NCBI GenBank assembly: GCA_035084275.1
Contig: CM068743.1
Span: forward strand, 56,544,001-56,608,000
Length of the DNA: 64,000 bases
From: Hydrolagus colliei
Taxonomy: Eukaryota
Reading direction: 5' to 3'
A program made the translations under genes and the position numbers. Positions 26,155-39,110 of this stretch are shown here, one piece after another (within the stretch, counting starts at the first letter, position 1; each line of letters opens with the position of its first letter). The notes under the pieces were generated by a model. The model saw only the letters and a program-made list of their open reading frames with translations, was not told the DNA's origin and did no database searches.

Positions 26155-26525
26155 TAGCCCTAAACAGTTATAGATCAGTAAGATCTGCAAGTGTATGCTC
26201 AGGTTTGTATTAAAATAGTTGATCTCAGCCAAAGTACCAGTTGAGGCACTAAAATTGACCCCAGCCCCTACAAGCTGGGTAGGGAAGGTTAACATGAATA
26301 GGCAGGGCTCCTGCTCCTGCTTTGATTGCTACCTAATGACCTCTGATGGAAAATTAATATTAAGTGACAACAGGATTGAATTCAACTGTAATGCCTTTGT
26401 GGTTGAATAGACTGCTGACACCATTGTTTAAACTTAGACATGAAAAAAAGACACTGGAGTGGGGTAGCGATGGCAATCAATGTCCAAGGTATTAACATTT
26501 GGAGTCTTCAGGAGGGTGAGGCAAG
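26155..26525 (+). mobile_element. LF-SINE-like copy
   Basis: tagttgatctcagcc...aaaattgacccc...cagggctcctgctcc...gaatagactgctgacac...cttcaggagg. Confidence 0.75.
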
Positions 26526-27846
26526 GAGTAAACATTGGTTAAAATAAGCCGACTGAATGGCATATGAAATGCTTTATGAAATGTAAGAATTATTATTCTC
26601 TTTTTAGCGCTGTGACATCTGTTCATTATGCAATGAGACTTGTAGGTAAAAAAAATCACTGTTTCGTAACAGATTTGATAACACAAACAATAATCATCAA
26701 TTCTGTTATAAACCATTGTCTTCTCTGCTCTAGTGGATTCACGAGCTGTTAATTATGCATAGCCATTTAGAACCCTAAACATTTACAGCACAGAAATAAG
26801 GCAATTTGCTCCATATGCTTTTAAGAGTAAATCTTTCAGTCCTATTTACCTGCCCTTTTCCCATACCCATGTACTTTATTACTTCAACATATAAACAGCA
26901 ATGCTGACAGCATGTATTACAATAACAACTTGCATTTATGCTGTACCATTCACATGGGATATAGTCTCAGAGTATCAGTGCCTGAATCACAATGCTCCAG
27001 AAGCACTTTGTGGTTGGTGTATGTCTTTCTGAGAATCTGACTATGGCTATTTTTCTGAATCTCAAGTGTATTATAGATGTTGAATAAATTAACCAAATCA
27101 TTTTGGACATTCTTGCAGAGCTGAAGGAAAATTCAGAGCATCAAATAGCCACAAGCTATGCTCATGAAAGAGACAGCTGCACACACCTCCTATGCTATTG
27201 ACTTGTTTCATATCCCTACAGGATGCATCCCAAGCGCTATTCTGTACATTATGTCAAATCATATCTATCCTGTGCCAAGTACAATGGTCAAGACAAAATG
27301 TTGTTGTATTCTTTTCCTGTTAGCACCAAACCAAATAAAAATATATAATAATAATCTTTGCATTTGCAATAGCAACTATAACATTGAAATATCTCAAAGT
27401 ACTTCACAGGGAATTGATGTCAAATAATGACTATGGATTTGTAGATAAACGCAGCCGCCAATTAAATACATCATCAAACCAATGTGAAACTATGATGCAA
27501 TCTTTGTTTAATTTGAAACACGTCAAGAGACAACATCCCTTTTGATGCTTCATATTTAGCAAGTGAAACTATCAATGTTTAAATGTTGTGTATGTCTCTT
27601 TACTGTCAAATGCTTCAAAGTGATTGAAGTTAATGCTTTTGACAGGGCTGCAGAAAAAATCAGATGCCACTTTTTTCAAGCTATTCATTAGAATTCCATT
27701 CCAATCCATAACATTATAAAGCGTTTTAAAAAGGCAGGAAAAGTTAAGGAAGGAAGAAATTTCATGATCTTTAACCAACCCTATTTATTAGTATTGTACT
27801 CCGAGTTAATTGATGTAATGAACAGCTACTTTGTAATCTATCTGCA

Positions 27847-28706
27847 CCATCTGCAAGAGGATATAGACAAATTGGTAAAGTGGGCAGACACATGGCAGAT
27901 GAAGTTTAATGCAGAGAAGTGTGAGGTGATGCATTTTGGGAGAAGAAATGAAGGGAGGCAATATAGGCTAGATAGTAAAATTTTAAATGGTGTGAAGGAA
28001 CAGAGAGACTTGGGGATTTGTGTTAGTGACTCGTTGAAGGTGGCAGGACAGGTAGACAAGGCTGTTAAGAAGGCATATGGGATACTAGGCTTTATAAATA
28101 GGGGTATAGAGTACAAAAGTCAGGAAGTGCTGACTAACCTCTATAAGACTTTGGTGAGGCCTCAGCTGGAATACTGTGTTCAATTCTGGTCACCACATTA
28201 CAGAAAGGATGTGAAGACATTGGAAAGGGTACAAAGAAGATTTACTAGGATGGTGCCAGGATTGAGGGACTTCAGCTATGAGGAGAAGCTAGATAGGCTA
28301 GGGTTATTCTCTCTAGAGCAGAGAAGATTGAGGGGAGACCTAATAGAGGTTTATAAAATCATGAGGGGTTTCGACAGGGCAAATAGAGAAAAACTATTTC
28401 CACTCGTGGGCGAATCTGTGACTCATGTTTCAAGGCGAAGTAGAGGGGAGCTGAGGAGAAATGTTTTCACTCAGCGAGTTGTTCGAATCTGGAATGCATT
28501 GCCTGAAAAGGTGGTGGAGGCTGATTCGATAACAACTTTTAAAAGGGAATTAGATCTTTATTTAGGGAGAACAGGTCTATTAGGCTATGGGGAGCGGGCA
28601 GGGCAGTGGGATTAAATCGCTCTTTTCAAAGAGCCGGCACAGACTAGATGGGCCGAATGGCCTCCTTTTATGCCGTAAAATTCTATGAATCTATGAATCT
28701 ATGAAT
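27847..28706 (+). mobile_element. Young 5'-truncated CR1 LINE
   Basis: Uninterrupted C-terminal ORF (WADTWQMKFNAEKC...[13 protein letters not shown]...FTQRVVRIWNALP) and tail tctatgaatctatgaatctatgaa. Confidence 0.95.
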
Positions 28707-28784
28707 CCCAGGGAAAATCTGGAATATTGTAGAATTTGCTGTTTCTCTATCACTTATATATTTGATATATAACATCAAATATAT

Positions 28785-29350
28785 ATGCCTTTGTCACCTC
28801 TCGGCTGGACTACTCCAACACCCTCCTAGCCAGTCTCTCCTTCTCCTCCATTCACAATATTCAGCTCATCCAAAACTCCGCCGCACTCATTCTCATCCGC
28901 ACCAAACTTTGTACCCCAATTACCCCAGTCCTTGCCAAACCACACTGGCTCTTTGTCATAGAGCGGATCCTAATTCTTGTATTTAAATCCCTCCACTCCT
29001 CTGAACACCCTACCTCTCTAACCTCCTCTGTCCTCACCGCAGTACCCACTGCCTCCGTTCTATTGGGTCCAGCCTCCTCATGGTCCTTCAAATCCTTCAC
29101 TCCACCATCGGCGGCCGAGCTTTCAGACATTATGCCTCAAAACGTTGGAACTGCCTCCCTCCCTCAACCCCTTTGCCTCCCCCTCCTTTCCCATCTTCAA
29201 ATCGCACCTGAAGAATTTTTTCTTTGAATGCGCTTACGATCACATTCCCTCTCCCCTTGGTTCAGCCTCATACTCCACCATTGTTAAGTACTGTGAGGCG
29301 CCGCCCACCATAGAGGTTGCCATATAAATGCAAATTGTTTTTGTTGATTG
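28785..29350 (+). mobile_element. L2 LINE 3' portion
   Basis: ctcggctggactactccaac (RLDY.N) through catataaatgcaaattgtt. Confidence 0.85.
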
Positions 29351-30401
29351 GTGCAAGCTCCCACTACCACTATTCAGGTAAAATTTGCAACCATTAAGTT
29401 GCTTCTTAAATTCCCCCAAATTCACTTACAAATAATCCATTCCATTCTATGGGATAATAAAAAAAAATGTTCTGCAGATTGCTGCTGTTGCTTGGATACA
29501 CAGAATCTCTGTCCCCTGGATCACATTGATGACTGCTGAGATCAATCACAAACTGATATCTTGCTTTTTTCACTAGCCATGCAATGCGCCACCTGCCCCC
29601 AGATCACCATCAAGTTTCACTGCCATCAAGTTTTATGCTACAGTAACATGCAAGCAACAGGCAAACATCTGTTCATCAGTGGTGTGAAACTAATTGTGAG
29701 ACTCAGAGAACCGCAGCACAGTTTTCTTCTGCAAGGGAATGCGCAAACAAAACCCTTTGATAGTTTAATTGAACTGAATACAATGTGGGTGTTTTAACAG
29801 ATGTACATGCTGAGGAACTCTTGCCCCACAACCTGTTCTCAATGATGAAGATGCACAGAGCCTGACCCAGACTTCAAAAAATGTTTTAAAAAAATTAACG
29901 TTCAACTTATAGATCGCAATTGTCGAGCCTTCAACCTCTGTTTGGATACCAAATTATTTTGTTTGTAAAATGCTGGTATCCCTAACCAACAGTCAAAGGG
30001 AGCAATCCTCCAGCCTGGACATCCAATGTAGCAAACATGGCTTCACAGACAACATCATTGCGAATACTATTGGTGCGGGGTGGAGGGTTGTCAGTCTGCA
30101 ACATACACATCTGGATATGTTTTGATGCACTAAATATCGAATGTAACGCTAAATTAATTCCCAAATGGGTATTAGTGAATTAAGCTCACCAACGAAATAC
30201 AATCGCCACACTTTATAATAAAACCTGGGAAGAGCTTACAGCTGTCCTCCTGACATGAGAGCAGCTAAAAAAAAATGCATTTTTTTCATTATTAAATTGA
30301 ATGAAGCAGGTTATTTCATACCATGGTCCTGGTTCACCAACCATGCTCACTGTTGGTTCAGAACTTGTATAATGTTTACAAGCTTTATCAGAATTTCTTA
30401 T

Positions 30402-30640
30402 CAGTTTTGTTGGGTCCGGCGATATATCGATATTTCGGTTATATCCGATATAATTTTCAAATCAATATGCCGATATAAGCATTTCAAAAATATCGATATA
30501 TCGGAAAAGTCAATATAAAACTTGGAATGCACGCGCACTGAACTACAAGACCCAGAATGCTCATCTCTATACACAATGCACAGACTGAGGTGCAAAGCCA
30601 CCATATTGTATTCATAGTCCTCGAATACAATATACAGGTA
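30402..30640. mobile_element. Probable DNA-transposon terminus (CpG-rich subterminal repeats)
   Basis: Starts cagttttgttggg. Clustered cgatat/atatcg motifs in both orientations, unlike the CpG-poor flanks. The other end is presumably in the gap. Confidence 0.5.
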
Positions 30641-30649
30641 TGCAAGGGG

Positions 30650-31033
30650 TGTGGGGGGGGGGGAGAGAGAGACGGCGTTGGGGGGAGAGAGGGATGGCGG
30701 TGGAGGGGTGGAGAGAGGGACGGTGGCGAGAAGCGGGGGGAGAGGGATGGCGGCGGGAAGCGGGGGGAGAGGGATGGCGGCGGGGTGGGGGAAGAGAGGG
30801 ACGGCAGGGCGGGGGGGAGAGAGGGACAGCGGCAGGGGGGGTAGGGAGAGAGGGACAGCGGCAGGGGGGTAGGGAGAGAGGGACAACGGGGGGAGGGGGA
30901 GAGAGGGACGGTGGGGGGGGGGGGGGAGAGTGGGATGGTGGCGAGGAGGTGGGGGGAGAGAGGGACGGCGCCGGGGGGGTAGTGAGAGGCGGACCGCAGA
31001 GGGGGTGGACAGATGGTTGGGGGGAAACGGAGT
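30650..31033. repeat. G-rich minisatellite (~20-25 bp unit ggggggagagagggaYggcgg)
   Basis: Roughly 15 diverged units running into the gap. Confidence 0.9.
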
Positions 31034-31590
31034 NNNNNNNNNNNNNNNNNNNNNNNNNNNNNNNNNNNNNNNNNNNNNNNNNNNNNNNNNNNNNNNNNNN
31101 NNNNNNNNNNNNNNNNNNNNNNNNNNNNNNNNNNNNNNNNNNNNNNNNNNNNNNNNNNNNNNNNNNNNNNNNNNNNNNNNNNNNNNNNNNNNNNNNNNNN
31201 NNNNNNNNNNNNNNNNNNNNNNNNNNNNNNNNNNNNNNNNNNNNNNNNNNNNNNNNNNNNNNNNNNNNNNNNNNNNNNNNNNNNNNNNNNNNNNNNNNNN
31301 NNNNNNNNNNNNNNNNNNNNNNNNNNNNNNNNNNNNNNNNNNNNNNNNNNNNNNNNNNNNNNNNNNNNNNNNNNNNNNNNNNNNNNNNNNNNNNNNNNNN
31401 NNNNNNNNNNNNNNNNNNNNNNNNNNNNNNNNNNNNNNNNNNNNNNNNNNNNNNNNNNNNNNNNNNNNNNNNNNNNNNNNNNNNNNNNNNNNNNNNNNNN
31501 NNNNNNNNNNNNNNNNNNNNNNNNNNNNNNNNNNNNNNNNNNNNNNNNNNNNNNNNNNNNNNNNNNNNNNNNNNNNNNNNNNNNNNNNNT
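31034..31590. other. Assembly gap (557 N)
   Basis: Run of N. Confidence 1.
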
Positions 31591-31787
31591 CAATTATCAT
31601 AACAAAGTTATCAATCTGCAGTAAACATAGGAAAGTGAAGGCCATTTGGCCCATCAAACTAGCTCTGCCACAGACAATTCCATGTCTCACATGCTATAAC
31701 CTGCCCTAAACTTACACCTCCATCAACCTATTATATGCCAAGTACACAATAAAATTGGTATTTATAGTCCTGTACATTAACAGTTCT

Positions 31788-33732
31788 GGAGTCCTGGAGC
31801 TCAGTTGTTAGAGCACTCGCCTGACAAGCAAAACACCTGTGTTGAATTCCAGGCAGGGTGTGGAGCAAGTTTCCTTACTCCACTTGCATAATAATAATCC
31901 ATCAAAAATAAACAGTAATAAATTGATCATTTCAATCCATGATTGTTTGCGGGACACTGCTGAGAATTGGCTACCGTGTTTCGCCCACAAGTACACAGTC
32001 AATTCACTTCATAGTATATTCTGTGCAGTGCTCTCAGGCGTCTAAAAGACATGACCACCCCCCTCCTCCGCACCCAGCTCCATTTTTTGGCCCCGCTCAT
32101 TTCTGACACCATCAACCTTTCCCTCTCCTCAGGCACCATCCCTACCTCCCTTAAAACAGCCACTATCACCCCTATCCTGAAGAAACCCTCCCTTGATGCG
32201 TCGCAACCATCAAGCTATTGACCCATTTCCAACCTCGCATTTTTATCCAAGGTCCTTGAAAGAGTGGTTGCTTCCCAGCTCCGCTCTTTCCTTTCAACTC
32301 ACTCACTCCTTGAACCCCTCCAATCAGGTTTCCGCCCAATTCACAGCACAGAAACTGCCCTGGTTAAGGTTACAAATGACATCCTAACCACCTGTGACCA
32401 GGGCTCCCTCTGCCTCCTCGTCCTCCTTGACCTGTCTGCTGCGTTCGACAAAGTCGATCACACCATCCTCCTCCAATGTCTTTCCTCCCACCTCAACCTT
32501 CAAGGCACAGTCCTTGACTGGTTCCATTCCTACCTGACCCACCGTTTACACTTTGTTTCTTCCAACGGTTTTTCCTCAAACTCCCGCACAGTTTCTCACG
32601 GCGTCCCTCAGGGCTCTGTTTTAGGCCCCCTCCTTTTCACCCTTTACCCGCTCCCTCTGGGCGATGTCATCCGCAAACATGGGGTAAATTTCCACATGTA
32701 TGCGGACGACACCCAGTTGTACCTTTCTGCCTCATCCCTCAATCCCCAGACCATCGATGTTCTGACAGCATGTCTGTCCGACATCGAGTCCTGGACGAGG
32801 GACAACTTCCTGCAATTGAACGTGAGTAAGACCGAGGCCCTCCTGATCGGCTCAAGCCAGCGCCTCCACACATCGGGCGCTGCCAGCCTCAACATCCAAG
32901 GCTGCACTCTCCACCTCACAAAGCCAATCAGGAACCTCGGCAACATGTTCGATCCAAAACTTTCCTTCCTCCCCCACATCCGTGCCTTGACCGGCACCGC
33001 TTATTTCCACCTGCGCAACATTGCCAGGCTCAGCAACTATCTTACCCCCCACGCTGCCGAAACACTCGTGCACGCATACATCACCTTGAGGCTGGATTAC
33101 GGTAACTCTCTCCTCGTCGGCCTCCCCAGTTCCTCCATTCACAGGCTGCAGCTCATCCCAAACTCTGCAGCCCGTGTATTATCCCGCACCCGCCTCCGCG
33201 ACCATATAACCCCACCCTCGCCCGTCTCCATTGGCTCCCCATTCTCCATAGGATAGAGTTCAAGATCCTCGTCCTCACCTTCAAGGCCTTACACGGCCTT
33301 GCCCCTCCCTATTTAACCAATCTACGTTCGCCCTACAAGCCCACCCGGACCCTCCGTTCAACAGGACTTGGACTGCTCCAAGCCCCCCGCCTGAACCGCC
33401 CCACCATCGGAGGCCGGGCCTTCAGTTTCTCCGCTCCCACTCTATGGAATACCATCCCCCAATCCCTCTGTCTTGTTTCTTCCCTTTCCTCTTTCAAGGC
33501 CGGTTTGAAGACTTTCCTCTTCGACCGTGCCTTTTGTTCCCCCCCAAATTTTTCAACCTCCCCTTCGTGTTTCACCCCTTCCCAAACACTCCCCTCCCAG
33601 CTCGGGTCACACGCCTCCTGTGCAGCGCCTTGGGACGTCCTCCCGACGTGAAAGGCGCTCTATAAATGTAATTTGTTGTTGTTGTTGTTGAAAAGTTCTA
33701 TCTCAAATGCAAGGATTATAATTATTATTATA
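31788..33732 (+). mobile_element. tRNA-derived SINE split by an L2 insertion
   Basis: SINE at 31788-32054. Its last ~40 nt (aaaagttctatctcaaatgcaaggattata) follow the L2 tail at 33691. Confidence 0.85.
32055..33690 (+). mobile_element. 5'-truncated L2 LINE with near-intact RT domain
   Basis: 330-aa ORF QSGFR..HSTETAL, LLDLSAAFD, GVPQGSVLGPLLF, YADDTQLY, RLDYGN. Frameshift near 33215, (TTG)n tail. Confidence 0.95.
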
Positions 33733-34627
33733 GAACCTCTTATATGCAGAGAATGGTTCAAAATATTATACAGTGCTGGAAGGGCATATTTCTATCCATT
33801 CCATCTCATTTATCCACCGCTTTCAATTCTCTTAATTTGTTTCTCATCTATAAATGCCATGAATTTGCTCACTAATGAATTTTGAATAGCTGGGGAAGTA
33901 GAATTTGTCTCTGAAGATCCGGGTAGTTTCCAAACACTATGGGGAACAGCTTAAAACTATCTGGTCTGGAAACAGCTCAGTGAAATTCATTTGAACCAAA
34001 AATGAATTGCTCGGGATGACAAAGATCTCGGACAAAATGCTCTTTCCATTTCAGTCATGAAGCATACTTTCTTCCCGCTATGAAATGGACTGAATCTGTG
34101 ATGAATTTCCTCTGGTGGATAAACTGCAGGTCACATCAAGCCTTTCATGTTGGGTGTGATCGCAATGAAGTTTGTGGTATGGCTGTTATGTATCACGCAG
34201 GGCCTCCGGTACTTATCCATCATAGTAGGATGAAGAGAGTGAACAAGAATCAGCAAAAATGCCTTTAGAGATAGCAACATGAGACGTAGAATTTTACTTG
34301 CTAATGCTTGTTCTATCAAACTGCAGATGAGGCAAAATCTAGTGTAATAAACCCCCCAGAGCATGCCAAAGATTAAATTTAGCGTGCACAAAGTTGTTCA
34401 TTGAGTACAGTAATTACTGGTGTTGTTTAAACACACATAGTGTTAAATAATAAAAAGGGTTGAAATAGGCAAACTACAGGTACAAGATTCGATTGAAAAT
34501 TCGGACAGTAAACTTTGATGTTGAAAATGTAAAAGTGTTATGATAATATTAAAGCTAGACATAACTGTTTCAAAAGACTGGAAATCTAAAACTATCTATT
34601 GTAGTGAGTTTTAACATAGGGATCCAA

Positions 34628-34910
34628 GTGTCAGCCGTACTCAGTTGCTAGTACTCTTGCTTCTGTGTCAGGTTGTGGGCTCAAGTCCCATGGCGAGACT
34701 TTGAACATATAATTCTTGGCTGACACTTCAGCATTGCTGGAGAATTCTGCATTGTTGGAGATCCCATCTGCCTATTCAGGTGGACTTTATAGATCCTATG
34801 GCACTATTCAAAAAAACAAGTGTCGTGGCCAACAATCCAGCTGCAGAAAAAAAGAGTGATTCAATAGATATAAATACAAGGCACTATATAAATCTAAGTT
34901 GTTGTTGTTT
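34628..34910 (+). mobile_element. DeuSINE-type SINE
   Basis: gtgtcagcc..ctcagttg.tagtactcttgc head; caggtggac..agatcctatggcactatt core. Confidence 0.8.
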
Positions 34911-36254
34911 ATTGGTGGGGAAAAAGATTCCCATTTTCAACTCTAAGATTAAAATGAGAACAATAGAGTAGTAGTCAGTACTGTATTAGAGGAAATGATT
35001 TGTAACTTAAAACTGAAGTGAGTGCTGAACCATATAGCGATGTGAGTTCTTCCACTGAGTGGGAACACAAAAATTGAATTAAGCAAAATATTGCTTAAAT
35101 GCCACATTAAATTCATCTATTTGCAAACTTCCATCTGTCCAAACTTGTTACGAAGAAGTGCTGAATCTGACTCTTACACATGTGACAAACACGTTGTGAA
35201 TCTCAGCAATGCAGAAGAGAGGAATGGAATGCCTGCTTATGAGTATGACATATTAATAGCATTTGCTTCCTGGGCGGGGTGCCGAGTCAGTGGCCTGCCG
35301 AGAAGTAATGTAACTAATCCTACACGGGCAGAGAAGATATCAGTGACCCATGCCTGGACAAATATTTATGACTATTTGATTATGATTCAGAACCCGATTG
35401 CCTCATAACCGAGCTACTCTGTATCATTGCAATAATATACAACCTTTGCAAAATATACTGTCAATTCACCTTACAATGTATTTTGTGAAGTCATTTGAGT
35501 TGTCCCGAAATGTGATCAGGCTATTTATCGAATGCAAGGATTATTATTATTATTGTTATGCTTAGATGTGGTAACCAATGACTGTAATTTCTAGCCATAA
35601 TTTTTAAAATATTTTTTATATACATTAGTGTGCCCATTATTTTTCTAGTTTTCTCCTGGTAATTGATGCTTTGTTCACAATCTGGCCTCCTCTTTCTGAG
35701 ATGCCTATCCTAGGCGCTCCGATAGGCTGCTCAAGTGTCCATTGTTCATGTGATAGTCTTGGCAGTATGTGTTGGCAGGAAATTTGCATACTACTAAGAT
35801 CACAAAGAAGCCATGAAATGAGTGACTAAATTTATTTTGGGGATTATCGCACCTTTGCTGTTGCAACACTGAAATCACTCACACCAATCATTAAAACAGA
35901 AATGAGCATTCACATTCAACCTTGTAACATAAATAGCAGCGATCTTAATGTTGGGGTCTAGCTCTTAAAGTATAATAAAACTGTATGAGAAATTAATTGG
36001 CTGAGATAGACTGGAGGGGAAAATTGGCAACTGAAGCTGTTTAGAAACAATGGAGGATTTTTGAGCAACAATAGAAGATTTTTGCACAATAATAAAATAT
36101 TTTTTAGCATAAGACAGAAAAGGTATAGAAGAAATATACTTGATTAAGAAATAAAGGAAATTAAGTAAAATTGGCTGAAGGTCCATCTGCCATTGCTGGG
36201 ATGGGCGAGGTGGGGGACGTGAAGCAGGCGGGTGCCCACTTGAGTTGAGTGAGC

Positions 36255-36500
36255 GGGCCCTATGGAACTCCATCCTGCAGCCCCTCCGCCTTGCTTCCTC
36301 CCTTTCCTCCTTCAAGGCCGGTCTCAAGACCTTCTTCTTCAACCATGCCTTCGGCTCCCCCACTAACTCTAACCCCCTCTCCTTCCCCCTACCCCAATCC
36401 TTCCCCCACCGCTCTGGTACCGACCTGACTGTTCAGCGTTTTGGGACGTCCTCCCGACATGAAAGGCACTTTATAAGTGCAATTTTGTTGTTGTTGTTGT
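36255..36500 (+). mobile_element. Young L2 3' end inside an opposite-strand L2 fragment
   Basis: LWNSILQPLRLASSLSSFKAGLKTF, (TTG)n tail. Minus-strand L2 pieces on both sides. Confidence 0.85.
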
Positions 36501-37260
36501 AGGGAGTTAGGAGGCCGCACAGGTAAGGGGAAGAAAGGCCATGGAGGGCTCTACACGTGAAAAACTGCAGCTAAGGGAGAACAAGCATTTGAAAAGTACA
36601 AAAGAATAATAGAGCAAAAAAGGAGTGAATACAGCAAACTTGGGAAAAAGGTTAAAAAGACGATGAGAAAAACATAACAAAAAATATAAAAAGTAATAGC
36701 TAGATGTTCCATAGATTCGTTAGTACAGTACTGTATAAAAAGAATGTAGGACAAGGGGAGACGTAGGGGAGAAGTTCACAGCAGATAATAAAGCAAATAC
36801 TAAATTGATACTTTGTTTCAGTTCTTACAAAGAAAACTGAGACAAAATTATAAAAAAGTTCACAAAGAAAACTGAAAAAGAAAATCTTTGAAGCTGGCAC
36901 GGAGCCTGTGCGATTAGAAGGAAGGAGGTACAGATAACCATCTTGGATGCTGTACAGCGGCTGGCCTGCCTTAAAGGAGACTGATCTCTCAGCACACACA
37001 GAATTTCAGAAGAAAAACTTCACACAGAGGGTAGTTGCATTAATTGCATTAAGTGGTGGTTGGATCAAATATGATAGATGCATTCAAGAAGAAGCCAGAC
37101 CTTCACATGAGGTGAGAAGAATAGAAGGGTATGAGAGGTAGAAATGGGTGGAGACTTGTGTGGAATATAAATGTGCTGTATATATATATATATATGGACC
37201 AATTGGCCTATCTCCATGCAGTTCATTATTTATAAATGTTTGTAAGTAATAAAGTAATAA

Positions 37261-38510
37261 AGGAGTCCTGTAGCTCAGTGGTTAGAGTACTTGTCTTGCA
37301 AGGAAGAGGTTGGGTTAGGTTCCCAGCAGGAATCTGAGGTTTCGTCCCAGCAGGATTCTCTCACTAAACTAGGTGGGAGAGTAAGCTCTAAGGATGATGC
37401 AAAAAGATTGCCACAGGATATAGATAGGCTAGGGGAGTGGGCAAGTTGGTGGCAGATGGAATTTAATGTGAGGAAGTGTGAAGTTATTCACCTAGGTAAC
37501 TAAAATAGAAAAACAGATTATTTTCTAGATGGTGTTAGTGTTCAGAGGGATTTGGGTGTCCTTGTACACCAGTCGCAAAAAATTAATTTGTAGGTACAGC
37601 AAGCAACTAAGAAGGCAAATGTCATGTTAACATTCATTGCAAAAGGTTTAGAGTACACGAGTAGGGAAGTCTTGTTGCAACTCTATAGGGCCTTGATGAG
37701 ACTGCAACAAATAAAGTATTATGTGCAGTTTTGGTCTCCTTACTTGAAAAAGGACATACTTGCCTTAGAGCTGGTGCAGCGTAAATTTCACTAAGTTAGT
37801 TCCTGGGATAAGGGGACTAACCTATGAGGATAGGTTGAATAAACTAGGGCTGTATTCTCTAGAGTACAGAAGAATTAGGGGAGATCTTATTGAAACATAT
37901 AAGATTCTTGAAGGGCTGGATAAAGTAGACAATAATGAGGGACTGTTTCCCCTGATAGGAGAATCTGTAGCCAGGGGTCACAGTCTTAAAATTAAGGGTC
38001 AGCCTTTTAGAACAGAGTTGAGGAAACATTTCTTCACTCAGAGGGTAGTGAATTTATGGAATTCACTACCCTAGAAGGCTGTAGATGCTCAGTCCTTGAA
38101 CATTTTCAAGGCTGAGACAGATAGATTTTTTTTTTAATATAGGGATTAGGTGATATGGGGATATAGCAGATAATTAGAGTTAGGTCAGAAGATCAGCCAT
38201 GATCTGATTGAATGGCGGGGCAGGCTCGAGGGGTTGAATAGCCTACTCCTCCTAATTCTTATGTTTTTATGTTCTAAAACCTTGGGCAAGTTTCCAAACT
38301 CAACACGCCTGACAATACTCCCTCAAGAAAAAAAACAATACTAATTTGGTCACTCAATCCATGATTGTTTATGGGACACTGCTATACGCAATCGGCTGCT
38401 GCCTTCTGCCCACAAATACACAGTCAAATTCACTTCACAGTATATTCTGTGAAGTGATTTGAAATATTTAGAAAACATGGATAACGTGACATCAAATGCA
38501 AGGATTATTT
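37261..38510 (+). mobile_element. tRNA-derived SINE split by a CR1 insertion
   Basis: Head ggagtcctgtagctcagtggttagag at ~37262. Body resumes aaaaccttgggcaagtttcc at ~38276. Confidence 0.85.
37362..38274 (+). mobile_element. CR1 LINE, second family (ttcttatg tail)
   Basis: TKLGG..QDIDRLGEWA..WQMEFNV.KC; LGLYSLEYRR.RGDLIE..FTQRVVNLWNSLP. Confidence 0.9.
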
Positions 38511-38829
38511 TACTAAGTAAAACTTGAACTGGAAAACAAACTGTCAAAACTACTAAATAAGGCTGATGTAAAGAATCCTCTCGATGATGCACTGGATTAA
38601 ATGAATAAGAAAACATTTGAGTACCTATGAAGATAGTAACATGGGATGTACCCAACACTGTTAACTATTCCAAGAATGAGACTGTGGCATGTTTTCAGAA
38701 TTTACTTTCTCTTTCCTTTGCGTGAAAATAAGAATTCTTGAGTGCTATGTCTAACATACATTGATTAGTTCTATAGGCTAGCCATTTCATTCTGCACATT
38801 AATATGGTGTGCTATTCAATGATTGAAGG

Positions 38830-39110
38830 GCATCAATTTAAGAAATGTAGCAAGGGATCACACGGGTGAATTAGGATAAATTATTTTGCACAGAAAGTTG
38901 TTAGGATGTGGAATTTCCTTCCATGTGCAATGGTGGAGACAGGAGTCATATAAGCATTCAAGATGGAACCAGATAAATATCTAAAGAGGAATAACCTGCA
39001 GCGATATGGGGAAAAGGCAGTAAAATGGGAATGTGATGATGGATTTCTCTTTAAAAGAACCAGACACAATGATGGGCTGAATGACCTTCTTCTATGCTAT
39101 AATTTTTATG
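38830..39110 (+). mobile_element. Old CR1 3' fragment
   Basis: cacagaaagttgttaggatgtggaat...gatgggctgaatgaccttct. Confidence 0.7.

Noticed and set aside
30401-31709. Several 200-430 aa ORFs
   Set aside because: Artefacts of the N gap and the G-rich minisatellite.
15789-33256. Long RT ORFs as host or domesticated genes
   Set aside because: 5'-truncated LINE copies with tails, stops or frameshifts, and close sister copies in the window.
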